From assembly GCA_002104905.1 (NCBI GenBank), contig MCFE01000384.1:1-64000 (forward strand): a DNA stretch of 64,000 bases, read 5' to 3'. Each line of letters opens with the position of its first letter. The stretch's first letter is position 1. The stretch is from Basidiobolus meristosporus CBS 931.73 (Eukaryota; Fungi; Basidiobolomycota). Below are positions 37,226 through 49,862 of this stretch, in pieces. The position numbers and the translations under genes are program-made. The notes beneath the pieces were generated by a model, which ran no database searches, had not been told where the DNA came from, and saw only the letters and a list, made by a program, of their open reading frames with translations.

Positions 37226-39394
37226 ATGAGCGAATCTGACAGCTCGGTTAATGTTGAATCTTCAAGCTTTATACAGCGATTGGATCATAAAATTAAGGCC
37301 TACCGTCAGGAACTTCAGGCTGTCAAGGAATATCACCAAAATCAGAAAGAATCTGTCAGCGACAGAGAAAGTGATATACCTGAAGGTAAGCTTTAACCGA
37401 CGGCAATTATACGTTAATTCCACAGGATCTAAACTTTGTCTTTTTTAGTCTCTCGCGCTTCACCCAGTACTTTGCTCGAAAGCTTTGAAAGACTGACTTT
37501 GAATGAACATCCCATGAATCCTTCCGAGGTGATCTCGAATGCGGATCGTTCCTCGAGTATCGACATCGTCGCTCCATCACCTGGCAAGAATCCCTCCTCG
37601 GGTGGGGCTAATTTATCGCTAGATGATGATCATGAATCATCTGTGGAATCCGGTGATCACGAAGATATTGATCCGATATATCTTCAGCCTTGTAATGAGT
37701 ATACCGAACAGTACGACAATCAAGATGAAGAAAGTACCCCCGACGATAGTGATAGTCTATGCAACTCCATCCAATATTCTGAGCATACGCATATTCTGGA
37801 TGTTGAGCCACCCACATTTTCGATTTATGGCGATGAGAGCGTTTACGATGCGCCAATTTCTCATCATGGTATAGCCCGAAGAAGATCCAAGAGTCTTTAC
37901 CAAGGCCAGCCACTTAAAAGCTTTGATGAATCAGGGACTGGGGTAAAGAGGTTTGAAGGCACTATATATGAGGATGATTACCTAGATAGAAGCTATATGT
38001 CAGCACCGCCAGAAATGCACGGGTATCCTAGAAACAACTTCTATATGAGCGATGAGTATGGTGTCAGGCAATATCAGAGCCCCTTTGTGGAACGAGAAAC
38101 GAAAGGCTCTGGGCTTTATCAGGATGAATTCGATACGATTGCTTCTCGGCGCTCTCCCAGTCCCCGTAGCCTTAGGACTGGAGTCACCGATCATCGTTAC
38201 CGCGACCACCTAACTAGGAGCACCCATTATAATGTATCGAATGGATCAAGCTACGATGATCTCTCGTTGCTTCGATCTCGTTCTCCGCGCATTGATCGAG
38301 AGAGGTTAGATACTGATTTGAACAAACCCTATCGTAGCAGAACTAGTCAGAGGGAAAGCGAGCCATTCCAATATGATAGAGATTTATCTACACAATCGTA
38401 CGCATTTAGAGATGATGTCTCATCAAGGGAAGGCTCCATTGAAACCCCTACGCGTTACTCAGCACGCAACGACGAACATGCACGATCGCAAGTGAATTCA
38501 CCATCACCCAGCTCACCAAACTTACGGCATCAATCAAATCGTTCGTTGCTCGACCGATATGACAACGACGCACTTCGACGATCGCGTTCTAACGTATACG
38601 ACTCAATATCCAATTCGACTTACTCTCCAGTGCGTTCTCCTCGCAACAGTAGATACCATATCTTTCCAAGGCTGACTGACAGCAGAAGAGAGTCGCATGC
38701 ACCATTATCTAGCGCTGGTTCGCTTCAGGCCACTCGTAGTTTGGTTTCAGATAGGCATAGAAAAAATCGGTACACCATCTCTAACATAGGTGATTTGCGC
38801 AATGACTTTCGAGACAACCGAAGTGAGAGTCGTTCCTCGCATTTATTAGATCCTTCGGACACTACATCGGACCTCCCTCCTCGGAAGCTGAATGAAGTCA
38901 AGTTCGAAATCTTCCGAGCGGTTCATCGAGTGAAAATGGCACTCGAGTCGTTGGCTGAAGATAACCGAGCCTATCCTATTCTTTCGGAGATTCAAGGAAT
39001 TCAGGATTTAAATGAACAAGCGTTGCAGACGATGATCGAGCAATTTGAGTGTATACATGAGATGCTGGGAGAAGGTGATGGATCAGTTGGACCTCGAAGG
39101 CCTATATCTCCACTCTCCGATGAATCATATGGACGGTTGATATCCAAAGAGATCATACACGGTTCATCGGATGACATTGGTTCCAGATATGCGAGATCGG
39201 AAATATCATCACCACATTTGTATAACCGTCGTCTTGGCCAGAGCTCGAGACTCGATCGCAACTCATTCAATGAACCACCACTTTCGCCTAGCCCGTCGTC
39301 AAGGATTTCAAGATGGCAGAATTCGGTAGACGACTCTAAGACTTCAGGTTCATTTGCAAGTAGACTTAGAGGTGCTTCTACCTTTGAAGCATAG
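37226..39394 (+). CDS. Unknown, largely low-complexity S/R/D/Y-rich protein (~701 aa)
   Basis: A 652-codon open frame joined to an upstream exon (37226-37385) by an in-frame GTAAGC...TAG intron (37386-37448). Helical-looking segments at the N-terminus and near the C-terminus. Confidence 0.75.
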
Positions 39395-39827
39395 TTGAGA
39401 GTCCGCATTGTTCGCCTCGATCTATAGGTATACGCATGTTTGTATTTCAGTACACCTGATGGAACGATTGGTATCTCTCCAAAGATTCGCTGATGTAAAT
39501 ATTTTTTGTTTATGTATTTCGTTTCGTATTGTATTTAAGGTTGAATCTCAATTGTTCTTTTTCCTCAACTATTCGCCTGCCTGAGCCACTTATTTAGTTA
39601 TCCTCAATGTAAATACTGTCTCCTAGAGTCAAGATAAACTTCGAAATATCGTATCTCAAAAATATCCATTTACCACCCAAGATTTCATGGTGAATGTACG
39701 ATTTGTATTTACGATCCACAAGAAAAAAATCGCAATTTTCGAGCAGTCGCATCATTGTGATAAAGATTCTCCTAGTAATAATCTGGTCTAAGGTTATCAT
39801 CTCTATTACTGAGTAGCAGTGCTCGAC

Positions 39828-41572
39828 ATGTCAATTAGTACTAGACAAATTCTCTCTCGCACCTCGAAAGTGACCCTTCTTCGTCGATATACGACCAACG
39901 CTGTGACTCCTGCAGGGGCTAAGCTATATGGCTGGGGTCATGGCTTGTCAGCATTTGTTCAAGAAAATCCTAGCGAGGATGGTTTACCACCAGTTTCAAC
40001 ACCGAAGTCAATCGATCTTTGCAAGCTGGCATTTGGCACTCATGGCTTCAGTGAAGAATTCCTGGAGGTAGAGCTGATGTTATTATAAGCTCCTGTTGAA
40101 AACCTCTTACCAAAGTACTCCTCCACATGTAGCCAAAAATAACCAACCTTGCCTCCGGAACCCACCATTCACTTGTCTCCTTTGAAAGTGACGTGCTGGG
40201 AAACCGTATTGCTGCGGTTGGCTTGAATACTAGCGGTCAACTAGGTAGTGTATCCTCTTGTTTACATGGTATATGTGGGGTTGGCTAATCCAAGGTGCAG
40301 GTATTGGCTCCACGAAACGGACTTCTGGTTCCGGTTTGGTGATGAACATTCCAAGCGAAGGTGTTATCAACTCTTTAGCTTGCGGTCGTGAGCATAGCCT
40401 GGTGGCTGTGGACTTTGGTGGTACGTATATAGACCATGTCTTGACTCGCTTGCCCTAATGATAGAATCCTAGACAAGAGTGAGGTGTTCTCTTTCGGTAG
40501 CAGTATGTATGGGCAGATTGGGATTGGGAAGAGCAAACACGACTATGATGATGGCACTCTGGTTTGCTTGCGCACTCCCAAGCGCGTACCAAAATTCTTG
40601 AGCAAACAAGACAAAGTGAAGCAGGTTGTTTGCGGAATGGACCACTCTGTAATACTCACAGGTGAACACAAGTGATAATCTGTGCCCGTGACAATACTAA
40701 ACGGATCATTAAAATAGAACAAGGCCAACTTTATTCAATGGGATGGGGTGCCGATGGTCAACTTGGCCTAGGTGAAGGCTCCACATCAGATCATTCGACG
40801 CCCTCTAAAATTGCGAAATTGGACGGAGAGTCGTTCAAGAAAATATCCGCCTCCACAGATTTCACCATCGCATTAAATGGTTAGCATACTATACCGATTG
40901 GACGAAACTACCAGCGTGAGCTAACCTGTAGTGTAGAGCAAGGGAAAATGTATACTTGGGGTAACTCGGAATATGGCCAGTGCATGTTGGGAAGTAAGAT
41001 CGACAGAGTGAGTACCAGTTGGAGGGTATCTAGTAATGCATATATTGAATATTTCTTCATAACAGGTGCTAGAACCGATGCCAGTACCTGTAGATGATAA
41101 GGTCGTCGACGTCGCTGCCGGTGGCTCATTTGCACTCTACCTAACAGGTAAGTACTGTCCTCCCTGGCTAGTGACATGTATCTCATGTCTCATATCATTT
41201 CCCAGATGCCGGTAAGGTGTACATTACAGGGTACGGTGGTTTGGGACTAGGCGAAGGAAAGATAGAAACATTGAAACCAGCTTTGGTAGAACAACTACCA
41301 AACATCAGCAAAATCTTCGCCACCACCCATTACTGCAGCGCCATTTCAGGTAAATGCAACATTGGCAGGGTAATAGGGGCTCTATATTAATACATTTTGC
41401 TGTAGACTCGGGTGAACTCTTTATTTGGGGGTTAAACTCCTCCGCAAGCAGACTCGGAACTGGCCATTCCGAGCACCTTTTCACGCCAAAGAGGGTGGAG
41501 TTCCCGAAGAATGTATTCGTTGAAAACCTAAGTTTGGGGGTTGATCATGCTTTTGCGTTATGCAAGGAATAG
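39828..41572 (+). CDS. RCC1-repeat protein with a mitochondrial-presequence-like N-terminus (RCC1L/FMP25-like)
   Basis: Repeats GLNTSGQLG, LACGREHS, FGSSMYGQIG, VVCGMDHS, GWGADGQLG, WGNSEYGQ, SLGVDHA. R/S/T-rich N-terminus. Many introns. Confidence 0.85.
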
Positions 41573-41841
41573 GTTTTTTTGGATTATGCGAGCATTCCAG
41601 TTTGCTTTGTACAGGCTCACACGACACTTTGCATCCTAGCATTCGTCATACAAGCATTCGCCACTACGTGATGTGGTAACTTTTATTCTGATCCATGCTA
41701 AATGTGGAACCCAGAAATAAACTACGATTATACACCACATTAGGTAGGGTGCACCATCCCCTTGATATTCACATGCTGGCGTGTTTGGGAGCCAAGAAGG
41801 AGGAACGGGCGGTCAAGAAGATTACAAAGGGATGAATGGCC

Positions 41842-42385
41842 TCATTTGTGTGAAGTCGTTTGAATTCTTTCGAAATACTTTTTTGTGCCAGTGAAGTCCT
41901 GCTCTTCGTATTCTAGGGGAAATACAGACCGATTACGAAATTGATGGAGGACGGTCATGAACCAAAGTGAACTTACCAGTTGGAACTTTATCGGTGCTTA
42001 TCTCTTTATAGCCGGGCTTGTCTTCTGGCACTTCAATATCGAACGTTGGCCCAAGCCATAGAGGCAACGAATCTTCATCATAATCATCATCATCTTGTGA
42101 AGCATCGGCAACCTCAGGAAATGAAGGCAGCGTTTCGGAGGAGAGTTCGTGGTTTGTGAGGTTCTTTTGTTCGGACGGCACAGGATATGTCCACAGACCC
42201 ACACACTCCTCCGTCTCTTCAGGGTAATAACTGTCAACCAAGTCATCTATGCTATCTGTGGGGCGTCCTACACATTCAGTTTCCTCCTGCGAAACATTTG
42301 GCGCTTGGTTGATCTCAAACTGGGAAAACCCGCCTCCCCACAGGCCAAGTGGAAGCTCTTCGTATTCTTCTGGGTCGCTGTCCAT
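41842..42385 (-). CDS. Small acidic orphan protein (159 aa, one intron)
   Basis: ATG at 42385. A GTAAGT...TAG intron (41913-41976) restores the frame to a 3' exon ending TGA at 41842. Confidence 0.6.
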
Positions 42386-43675
42386 AGGGATGATGACTAA
42401 GCACGTAGTTGGAAGCAAGCCAGCACCCAAGGGAAAATTCGGATTTCATGATATCACCAATCAAGAAATATTCGAGTATGGCGACTTGATACGGGTTAAT
42501 ATTGGTTAACAGGGGAAAATGAAGGGCTTGCAACCATCACCACAATATAGATTAGATGCAAATAGAAAGAGGTAGATTGAAAATAGAATGCCAGACAATA
42601 TAAATTAGACTGAGTTCTGGGGTTGGGTGATTGGAGTGAGTGCCGGCCAGCCTGTAATAAATATCCACGTCTGATCCACACATGATCCCGCTGCTGTAAC
42701 AGGGAGCCAGCTGCCATGAGAACGTATCAATTTGCCGATCGATTTTAAGGTTTTACAGCAGAGAAGATCTCAGATTAATGGACGCGCAACCCATGCATGT
42801 TAAAGTTACAAGAACGGCCGGCTTGGCGACGAGCATTGGTTTGAGATGGGCCTTGCTCGTGTAGAGGTGATTCATTGTTTTAGAGATTGGAGTATCTCGA
42901 TCAGATGTAGTTAATAAGTGGCGCTGAGTGGTTATTAAGTCTTGGTGCTATAAATGGTAACATGGAATGCGCCTAGCTGGTCACATTTGAAGTATCTACA
43001 AGTGCGGAAGTTCATTTGTGAGTCATCCAGAGCTACCGACAGCAGTGTTCAGACCAAAGTCATATGGGTGATACCGAAGTGATACTCAATGGATATTTAA
43101 CCCTATTAGTCAGTCAAGTGAAGATCTAAATAAACTAACGGTCGGGGTTGTGATGCGAAGATGTTTGGGTTTTGGATACCTGGATTAATTGGTACCACCC
43201 AGCAAGCGCTCTTTAATTGGAAGCAAGCAATGACACAAATGCTGTGACTGAATGTTGGTGGAATGGATGAGTTAGAGCCTAATCAATAGACACAGGTTAA
43301 GTTGGGCCTACTGGGTGTTAGATACTCACCCTATCGCATCATTTTCATCTGATTTGCGATTCATCGCCTAGATACGCTGCCATTTTCACTCAAGTGACTT
43401 GCAACTTGCGAGCCGATTTCTTTCTTTCTCTTCTTTCCGTAGTTGTATCCACTTTGATCCCGTTTTTCGGTTTCGGTTTCGTTGGCTTTTGACGTAAAAC
43501 AACGTGTCTGGCAATAGTCCCACTTTATCCCTCATTGTTAGACACTCCCTTTCGGGCCTGTGCGGTAGACTTGGAAGTGAATCTCGAACGATCCGGACAT
43601 TTAGGTTCTCACTTAAGCTAATATCAAAGACTCTCCCTCCTTTCTGGTCCAGCTGCTACAGGGCATTATTTTGAT

Positions 43676-45643
43676 ATGCAACCTTCGGCTCCGTACGGAG
43701 GCTTTCACCCTCAACAGTTTCAGGGAATGGACTCACGGTAATTTACCACTAACTGCTCAACTCTTCTACTCTCTGGGGGTACGCTTCGGCTGCAACTGAT
43801 TGATTCAAATGTAGGCAATCTTTACCGCAGTACAAGCAAGAGCCCATGTTCCCCGAGACTCATTCCCACCAGTTGCTAGCCCACCAAAATATCATGAATC
43901 ATCACCATTTGCCCAGTGTTACTTCTAGCCACTTCCTTCCTCATGGCCAACAAATGCCACAATTTAGCTCTCACCACACCACACATAGTCACCACAACGA
44001 CATGCCTGCTCCGCATCAGATGCAGACCCACCATTACCAGCACCAAGGGCCGCTGGAAACCCCCCAGCAAAACAACGAAACTCACTTCGGCCTCAACTCC
44101 AACGTTTCAGTGACTCCGCCTGCAAGCGGGTCCATACCCACCAATCCTAATTCGTAAGTTCCCGCGTTCGACAAGGATATCTCAGCATCGACCTTTTCTT
44201 TAACCATCCGTTCCCCAGTAACCTGCGGTTTGACGTGGTCTTGGATGCACAAACGGCTGCTGCGCAGCGCTTGGACGAAAGCCCTCTAACGTATCTGAAC
44301 AAAGGTGAACCTCCGAGTCTCGTCATATTTGTTGACCGGCTTATTAACGGCTAGAAACAATTCACCAGGCCAATACTATGCTATCTCTTCGAACGACCAA
44401 GAACGGGATGATATCGAGTTGACCAGCACTCTGAGGGTGATGTTCCACGACGATGCCCATCGAAAGCTAGGAAATACGTATTGGCAGTTCTGGCTTTCGC
44501 AGCAAACGAACCCAAAGACCGCCCGCGCTCTAGATATCGGTATTCATCTGAGGCGCTATATGCTCTGCTCACTGTCGATCTTTCTTGACAACCCCTCCTT
44601 CTCCCACTCTAGATAAGGCTGCCTCAACCGGCATAAAAAACGTGGAATCGAAATCCTTGGACAGAGTGAGCTTTCAATGGAACGGAAGGAAAGGTGCCAA
44701 GATATACATCAAGTTCAATTGCCTGTCCACCGATTTCTCTAGAATCAAGGGGGTCAAGGGGATTCCCTTGAGAATACGGATGGAGACCACCTCTGAAATG
44801 GACCCTTCCATCCACGAAAAATCCTTTGCGAAGATAAAACTGTTTAGAGACAAGGTAATTTAGGGCCGGGCGCACGCCACGGTGAGACAGTAGCATTAAT
44901 TAATCTTCACTTCCAGGGCGCCGAGCGGAAAAACAAGGACGATCAGCGCCATTTAGAGAAGATCTGGGAGAAGATGCGTGGTTCGTATGGTCTCTACCGA
45001 GACCCAACTCGCGATCCTTGTGACTAATGTGAACCCAATTCCTTAGGCAAGCAGCAAGACTCCAACCCCTTGCTGATGATGTTCGCCCAGGCCAACCCCG
45101 TGACATCGTTCATCGAGTGGTCCAGCAACGACGTCACCGATACGGAAGAAGATCCCAACAATATCGACCTGAACAATATTGACCAGGAGAGCGCGGAGCT
45201 CGACCCCGCGGTTTTGGCAGCGACCAAAAAAAGGAAACTGGAGACGCTGGGACATGACCTGGACCTTTTGGAACTGGACCCGACCTATGTTCCTAACCGA
45301 AAGAAGCGAGCAGGTAAGCATCGAGGACACTCTGAGATCCTGTTCGAGCTGGGCTAATCATTCCCAAGTGTTGTCATTGTTCATAAGGCTTGCTGGGGAG
45401 AATGTGTACCGTGCGGTTTATCTAGAGAGGCTCACCGTTCAGGACATGATCCAAAAATTTGCCGAGAAGTTGAATATTCCACCCCAGGATGTTGCCAGCA
45501 TCATCCGTATCACCAAAAAAGGGTTCCAGGTGCGGATTGACGACTCGGTCGTCTCGCAGCTTGAGGACGAGCAGGACATGGAGTTGGACTACGATTTTGC
45601 CAACGATGGAACCGGCAGTTTCAACATTGTGTTGAGGTTTTGA
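43676..45643 (+). CDS. Grainyhead/CP2-family transcription factor
   Basis: H/Q-rich N-terminus; CP2 DNA-binding domain (PLTYLNKGQYY, FNCLSTDFSRIKGVKGIPLR, KIKLFRDKGAERKNKD); C-terminal Grh-type dimerisation-like domain. Confidence 0.92.
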
Positions 45644-46479
45644 GGATTCGAGGATTCGAGGGTTTCGTGACCTTTTGGTGATTTGCTTATAGAAGCAGAG
45701 TGACACTCCATGTAGCCAAATATTACATATTACATAACTTAATTATATCCTTGTAAAAACTTAGCCATACCCACCAGTTCTTGCTGCTTGATATATTTCT
45801 GGATGTTTTGCTCCGTCCACCATTCAGTAGATATTTACCTTTCGAGATGGCTGGTACTAATTATTCCTATCTCAATGTGAGACTTTACTCGCTCCGTTGA
45901 ACATTAATTAAACTGCGAACCTGTTTAACCACCCAGCTTGCACAGTATGTTGACCACCAGCTTGCACATGTGACTTCACCTATCGGTTCGCGGAGGACGT
46001 GGATGTGTTCGCACGCTCCACCTCGCCATATATACGCTGGCCCCCACGACTTCCAATAAGTTGACAAGCACGGCTTAGCCTTTTTCGGAAGGAGCGCCGT
46101 TCGATCAGCTCCACTGAACATTATGACGCATCAGCGTTTATGCGAGATTTCCCAGCAATGAGCCACCTAAACTCAGCAAATAACAATCTTGCCTGGGATT
46201 AATAATATGCATTGGTGATGGTGCATCTTACATGGCAATCACTTTTCGATAGTATTGACCGGACGTCAGTGATTAACAAAAGCCTGACATGGATGACGCC
46301 ATCATCCGGACTACCTTCCACCATGCTAGATTCATCACCCTCCTGCCATGACTAATACCGCAGTCGGCAGCGATTACCATAATTGGGGTCGGCCTAAATT
46401 CAACATGATGTCGTATCCTTGGCATATGCGTATAAATATTGGTGTTTGGTAGCCGCTAGAGGCACCATTGTAAACTGAA

Positions 46480-46752
46480 ATGAACCATCCTGTTGCTGCA
46501 CATCAACCAGTCTCTCGTATCCCACCTGGCTTCGAGCATTTGTATTCGGAGTCCAATCTTCCCGAACCCCGTGCTTACGCCGCCAGCGATGTGGAGTCCG
46601 ATGATTTCTCCTACGAGCTCTCCGTTTATCCTGTCGAGCCCGAAGAAGTGTGCTTTCGGGGACGCTCCATTTCCTCTGCTGAGGCAAACTACCACCGTGC
46701 TCTTGCTCGCCGGTGCCACTATTTTGTCCGCAAGTACTCGCCAGACAACTAA
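46480..46752 (+). CDS. Possible small protein (90 aa), unknown
   Basis: Single ATG ORF in an otherwise empty 1.5-kb interval, with TATAAATA about 50 nt upstream. No recognisable domain. Confidence 0.35.
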   Translation: MNHPVAAHQPVSRIPPGFEHLYSESNLPEPRAYAASDVESDDFSYELSVYPVEPEEVCFRGRSISSAEANYHRALARRCHYFVRKYSPDN

Positions 46753-47133
46753 ATTCCCGCTGCCTGAACACTAGGGCTTCTTTATTTGTGTATATATATA
46801 TATAAGTTCATTATCCTTACCGGTCCCATTATTCACTGTTGATATCTCCATGTTCAATGTCTGTCCTAACGCTTGGTGTCCGAGCAATAATTCATCCTCT
46901 TTCCAATAAATATCCATATCCGTCCGACGACATCGCCTAAAATATCCTATTCTCTGAATCGGCGCTAATATCGAGGATTTTGCGATGAAACATACGAAAT
47001 TTCGGAGACTGAGGAATCCAACAGTAGTAATTGAAATCAAAAAATTTTAGTTTCCGGTGTGGGGAACCTTTCTAGCTATTTAAACTATCATTGAAAAGTT
47101 CAGGTTGTTGGTACAAACCAAAGAGCATTCACC

Positions 47134-48098
47134 ATGTTTAGCATTCGTTCAGTACGTCCCCTGGCTAGTCGCATCACAAAGCCTTTGCTTGCCCAAAGAA
47201 AGGCCTACATTCACGAGGTTGTCCCTCTTGCCTATTCGAGCGAGAGAGGTTTAAAGCCCATCTTTTCCCCCGAAGCTCTCAACCTAGTTTATACCAAGAA
47301 CCAACAACAGCTCATCGACCGTCTGAACCAACTTACCGTCGGTAAGCTCAAAACCCTTGTTCAGCCAGGCCCCTGGCAATCCCGTGTTTCGTGAACTAAA
47401 CGTTACCTCATAGAAACCGAGCATGAAAACCAAGATCTTTTCGACATTATGCATTCGACCTACAAAAAGGCTGGCAAAGGAGAGATTTTCAACCACGCAG
47501 CCCAGGCCTGGAACAACGATTTCTTCCTTCAAACTTTGGTAAGCCCCTTTCTATCCAGGAGTTTTCCGGCTTCTCGACTAACCTTCTCCGGCTCTTAGTC
47601 CCCCGAACCCAGACCCATCAAGGAAGAGCTCAAGTCTAGAATTGCCAGAGACTTTGGCTCCTTCGAAGCCTTCCAAGAACACTTCACCAACTATGCTTAC
47701 TCTCTCTTCGGAAGTGGTTGGACCTGGTAAGAGGATTATTCTGCCTGGAAACGAACCTTCTGGTATGTTTGCTTACACACTCGCCACCATGTAGGTTGGT
47801 CGAAGACGAGCGTGGTGCGTTAAGAATTGTCAACACCTTCAACGCTGGAAATCCTGTTGTCAGCGACACCCTTCGCCAGCTTGATTCCGACCATGTTGAG
47901 ACTCTCTCAGAAGCTGACCGGGTCCCTATCAAAAGATACAACGGCTCATTCGCACCCCTCCTTACCCTGAACATGTGGGAGCATGCGTACGTCCCAGACT
48001 TCGGACCTGATGGTAAGGAGGAGTACATCAAGGCGTTCTGGAAATCCGTCGACTGGGAAAAGGTCTACAGTCGCTTGTTCCGTTCCTCCCGTACCTAG
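47134..48098 (+). CDS. Fe/Mn-SOD-fold mitochondrial ribosomal protein (Mrp1/mS43 or Rsm26/mS42-like), probably catalytically dead
   Basis: SOD-like backbone (FNHAAQAWNNDFF, FGSGWTW, LNMWEHAY) with metal ligands replaced. Presequence MFSIRSVRPLASR. Confidence 0.8.
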
Positions 48099-48530
48099 GC
48101 GACTCCCCCACATCTCACCTCAAATCACCCACCCTGCTCTTCTCATCCCATCCTCTCACATGATCTTGATCACGCTCATATGCATCATTCAGTGAACGCA
48201 AGTTTATTCTAGACTTAGATCAATTCAATCTCATAAATTATCTTACAAAAACGCCCGTTACGAAGCGAGGTGAAGTGGTGGTCAATGGTCTAGAATAGAG
48301 CCAATGTTTACTGAGGTCGGTTTGCCCATGAACTGTAGCATATCTGTGACAAAATGTACGCGTACATCGCTTCGGGATGAGGAATAGAAAAATACATGAT
48401 TAGATGGACCATTTGATTAAATATGTACCAATGTCCAGGTTGGAGGGGGGCTTGTAGGAATATGTACTGTTGTCGGAGTCGTTCGGTGTTGACTGACTGA
48501 CGAGGCTTCAAAAGTGCATTACCCCGAGGG

Positions 48531-49862
48531 CTATGTCTCTCCAGTCAGGGCGCCGATTAGCTCCGCGGTGGTTAGTCCAGCTGCTTTATAATCATTTTCA
48601 TCCACCCCGACAGATACCAGCCCCTCGGCACCTGAATGAAGCAACAGATCAGCTAGGTTGGGCGTGTTATTCGCCGTGGGATGTTCGGGAATCAGCTTGT
48701 GGAATAGTGCAATCTTGCCCCGCCTTGGTTTGAAGTCGGTGAACTTCGAGCGATAGCTGTCTACGGCCCTCTGCAACAGCGACTTCCTCCCCGCCAGACG
48801 CACGGGATTCAGCCAGGCCAGCTTCCACGCCAGCTGGTTGCACGCCGACTCGTATTCCCATCGGTTCCCCGCATAGTCCTCTTGCTTGACAAATGCCCTC
48901 GGGTACACGCAGTTCTCCTTCTTGAACAGTTCGTCGATCTGGCTAAGGTTCACCTCCTCGATGTCCACCCGGATCCGTACCTTCATCGGGATCCCCTTGG
49001 TGACCACGTCCAGGGTGAGGTTCTTCGGTCCCCGGTTTCTTTTCGGATCCGGTAGCTCCTCACTGTCTCCTCTGGAAGATCTTTTCCTCAGCGTGCCGTT
49101 CATCAGCTTCTCCTGTCTGACCACACGCCTGGACCTCAGCTCCGGGTACCGGTTTCGGTAGGAGTCCACCGCGCGCTGGAGTAGCCCCCGCTTGCCGCAG
49201 ATGACATCCGGGTTGAGATAGGCCAGCTTCCAGCCAAGCATATTACATTCGGTTTCGTAAGCCCACCGGTTCCCCTGGTATTTATCTTCTGTACAGAACG
49301 CCCTCGGGTAGAGGCAGTTGTCGTGTTTGAACTGGGTGTCGATCTCCTCCAAGGACAGGTTGTCGATGTCGGTACGGATTTGGTACTCCTTATTAGTACC
49401 TTTCACCGAGTACGTAAACATCACCCACTCCACACCTGCCCGCATTTCGGTGATGGGGGAGGTCGCGGGGAGCGCGTGGTTGGGCGCAGGGTTCGTTAGA
49501 ACGCACGGGTTGTGTGCGCCGCCAGTGGGGGAGGCTTGCTCCCCGGGGCTTGGCGAGGCGGGGATTTTCCCCAGGGTGGTCAGGCTGGAGCCATTCTGGG
49601 GGAGTAGAGAGTCGAGGACCGGTGAGGTGTTCAGAGGGTTGTTGGTGTGCTGCTTGATTCCGCCCGACTCTCGTCGCTTCACTTCGTTGGCCTTCTTGCG
49701 TTTGATGCGCTGTACAGTTTTCTCGATTCGGAGGAGTTGCTCACCCGAGAGGGTGGCCAACAGTTGTTCGGTGGTCGAGTCGGGCTCGATCAGGGAGGCA
49801 AGGGAGATGGGTGGTATGGGTGGTGGGTAAGCTGGTGTGGTGTGAACCGTGTGACTTTCCAT
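48531..49862 (-). CDS. Protein with two copies of the same fungal domain of unknown function (paralogue B, intronless)
   Basis: The 443-aa uninterrupted ORF aligns by eye with 20422-21855 across the N-terminal motif and both domain copies. Confidence 0.88.
   Translation of the reverse strand: MESHTVHTTPAYPPPIPPISLASLIEPDSTTEQLLATLSGEQLLRIEKTVQRIKRKKANEVKRRESGGIKQHTNNPLNTSPVLDSLLPQNGSSLTTLGKIPASPSPGEQASPTGGAHNPCVLTNPAPNHALPATSPITEMRAGVEWVMFTYSVKGTNKEYQIRTDIDNLSLEEIDTQFKHDNCLYPRAFCTEDKYQGNRWAYETECNMLGWKLAYLNPDVICGKRGLLQRAVDSYRNRYPELRSRRVVRQEKLMNGTLRKRSSRGDSEELPDPKRNRGPKNLTLDVVTKGIPMKVRIRVDIEEVNLSQIDELFKKENCVYPRAFVKQEDYAGNRWEYESACNQLAWKLAWLNPVRLAGRKSLLQRAVDSYRSKFTDFKPRRGKIALFHKLIPEHPTANNTPNLADLLLHSGAEGLVSVGVDENDYKAAGLTTAELIGALTGET

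Noticed and set aside
46414-46421. GTATCCTT resembling a U12-type 5' splice site
   Set aside because: No TCCTTAAC-like branch point downstream. None of the introns I modelled is U12-type.
47134-48098. Annotation as an active Mn/Fe superoxide dismutase
   Set aside because: Three of four metal ligands are substituted.
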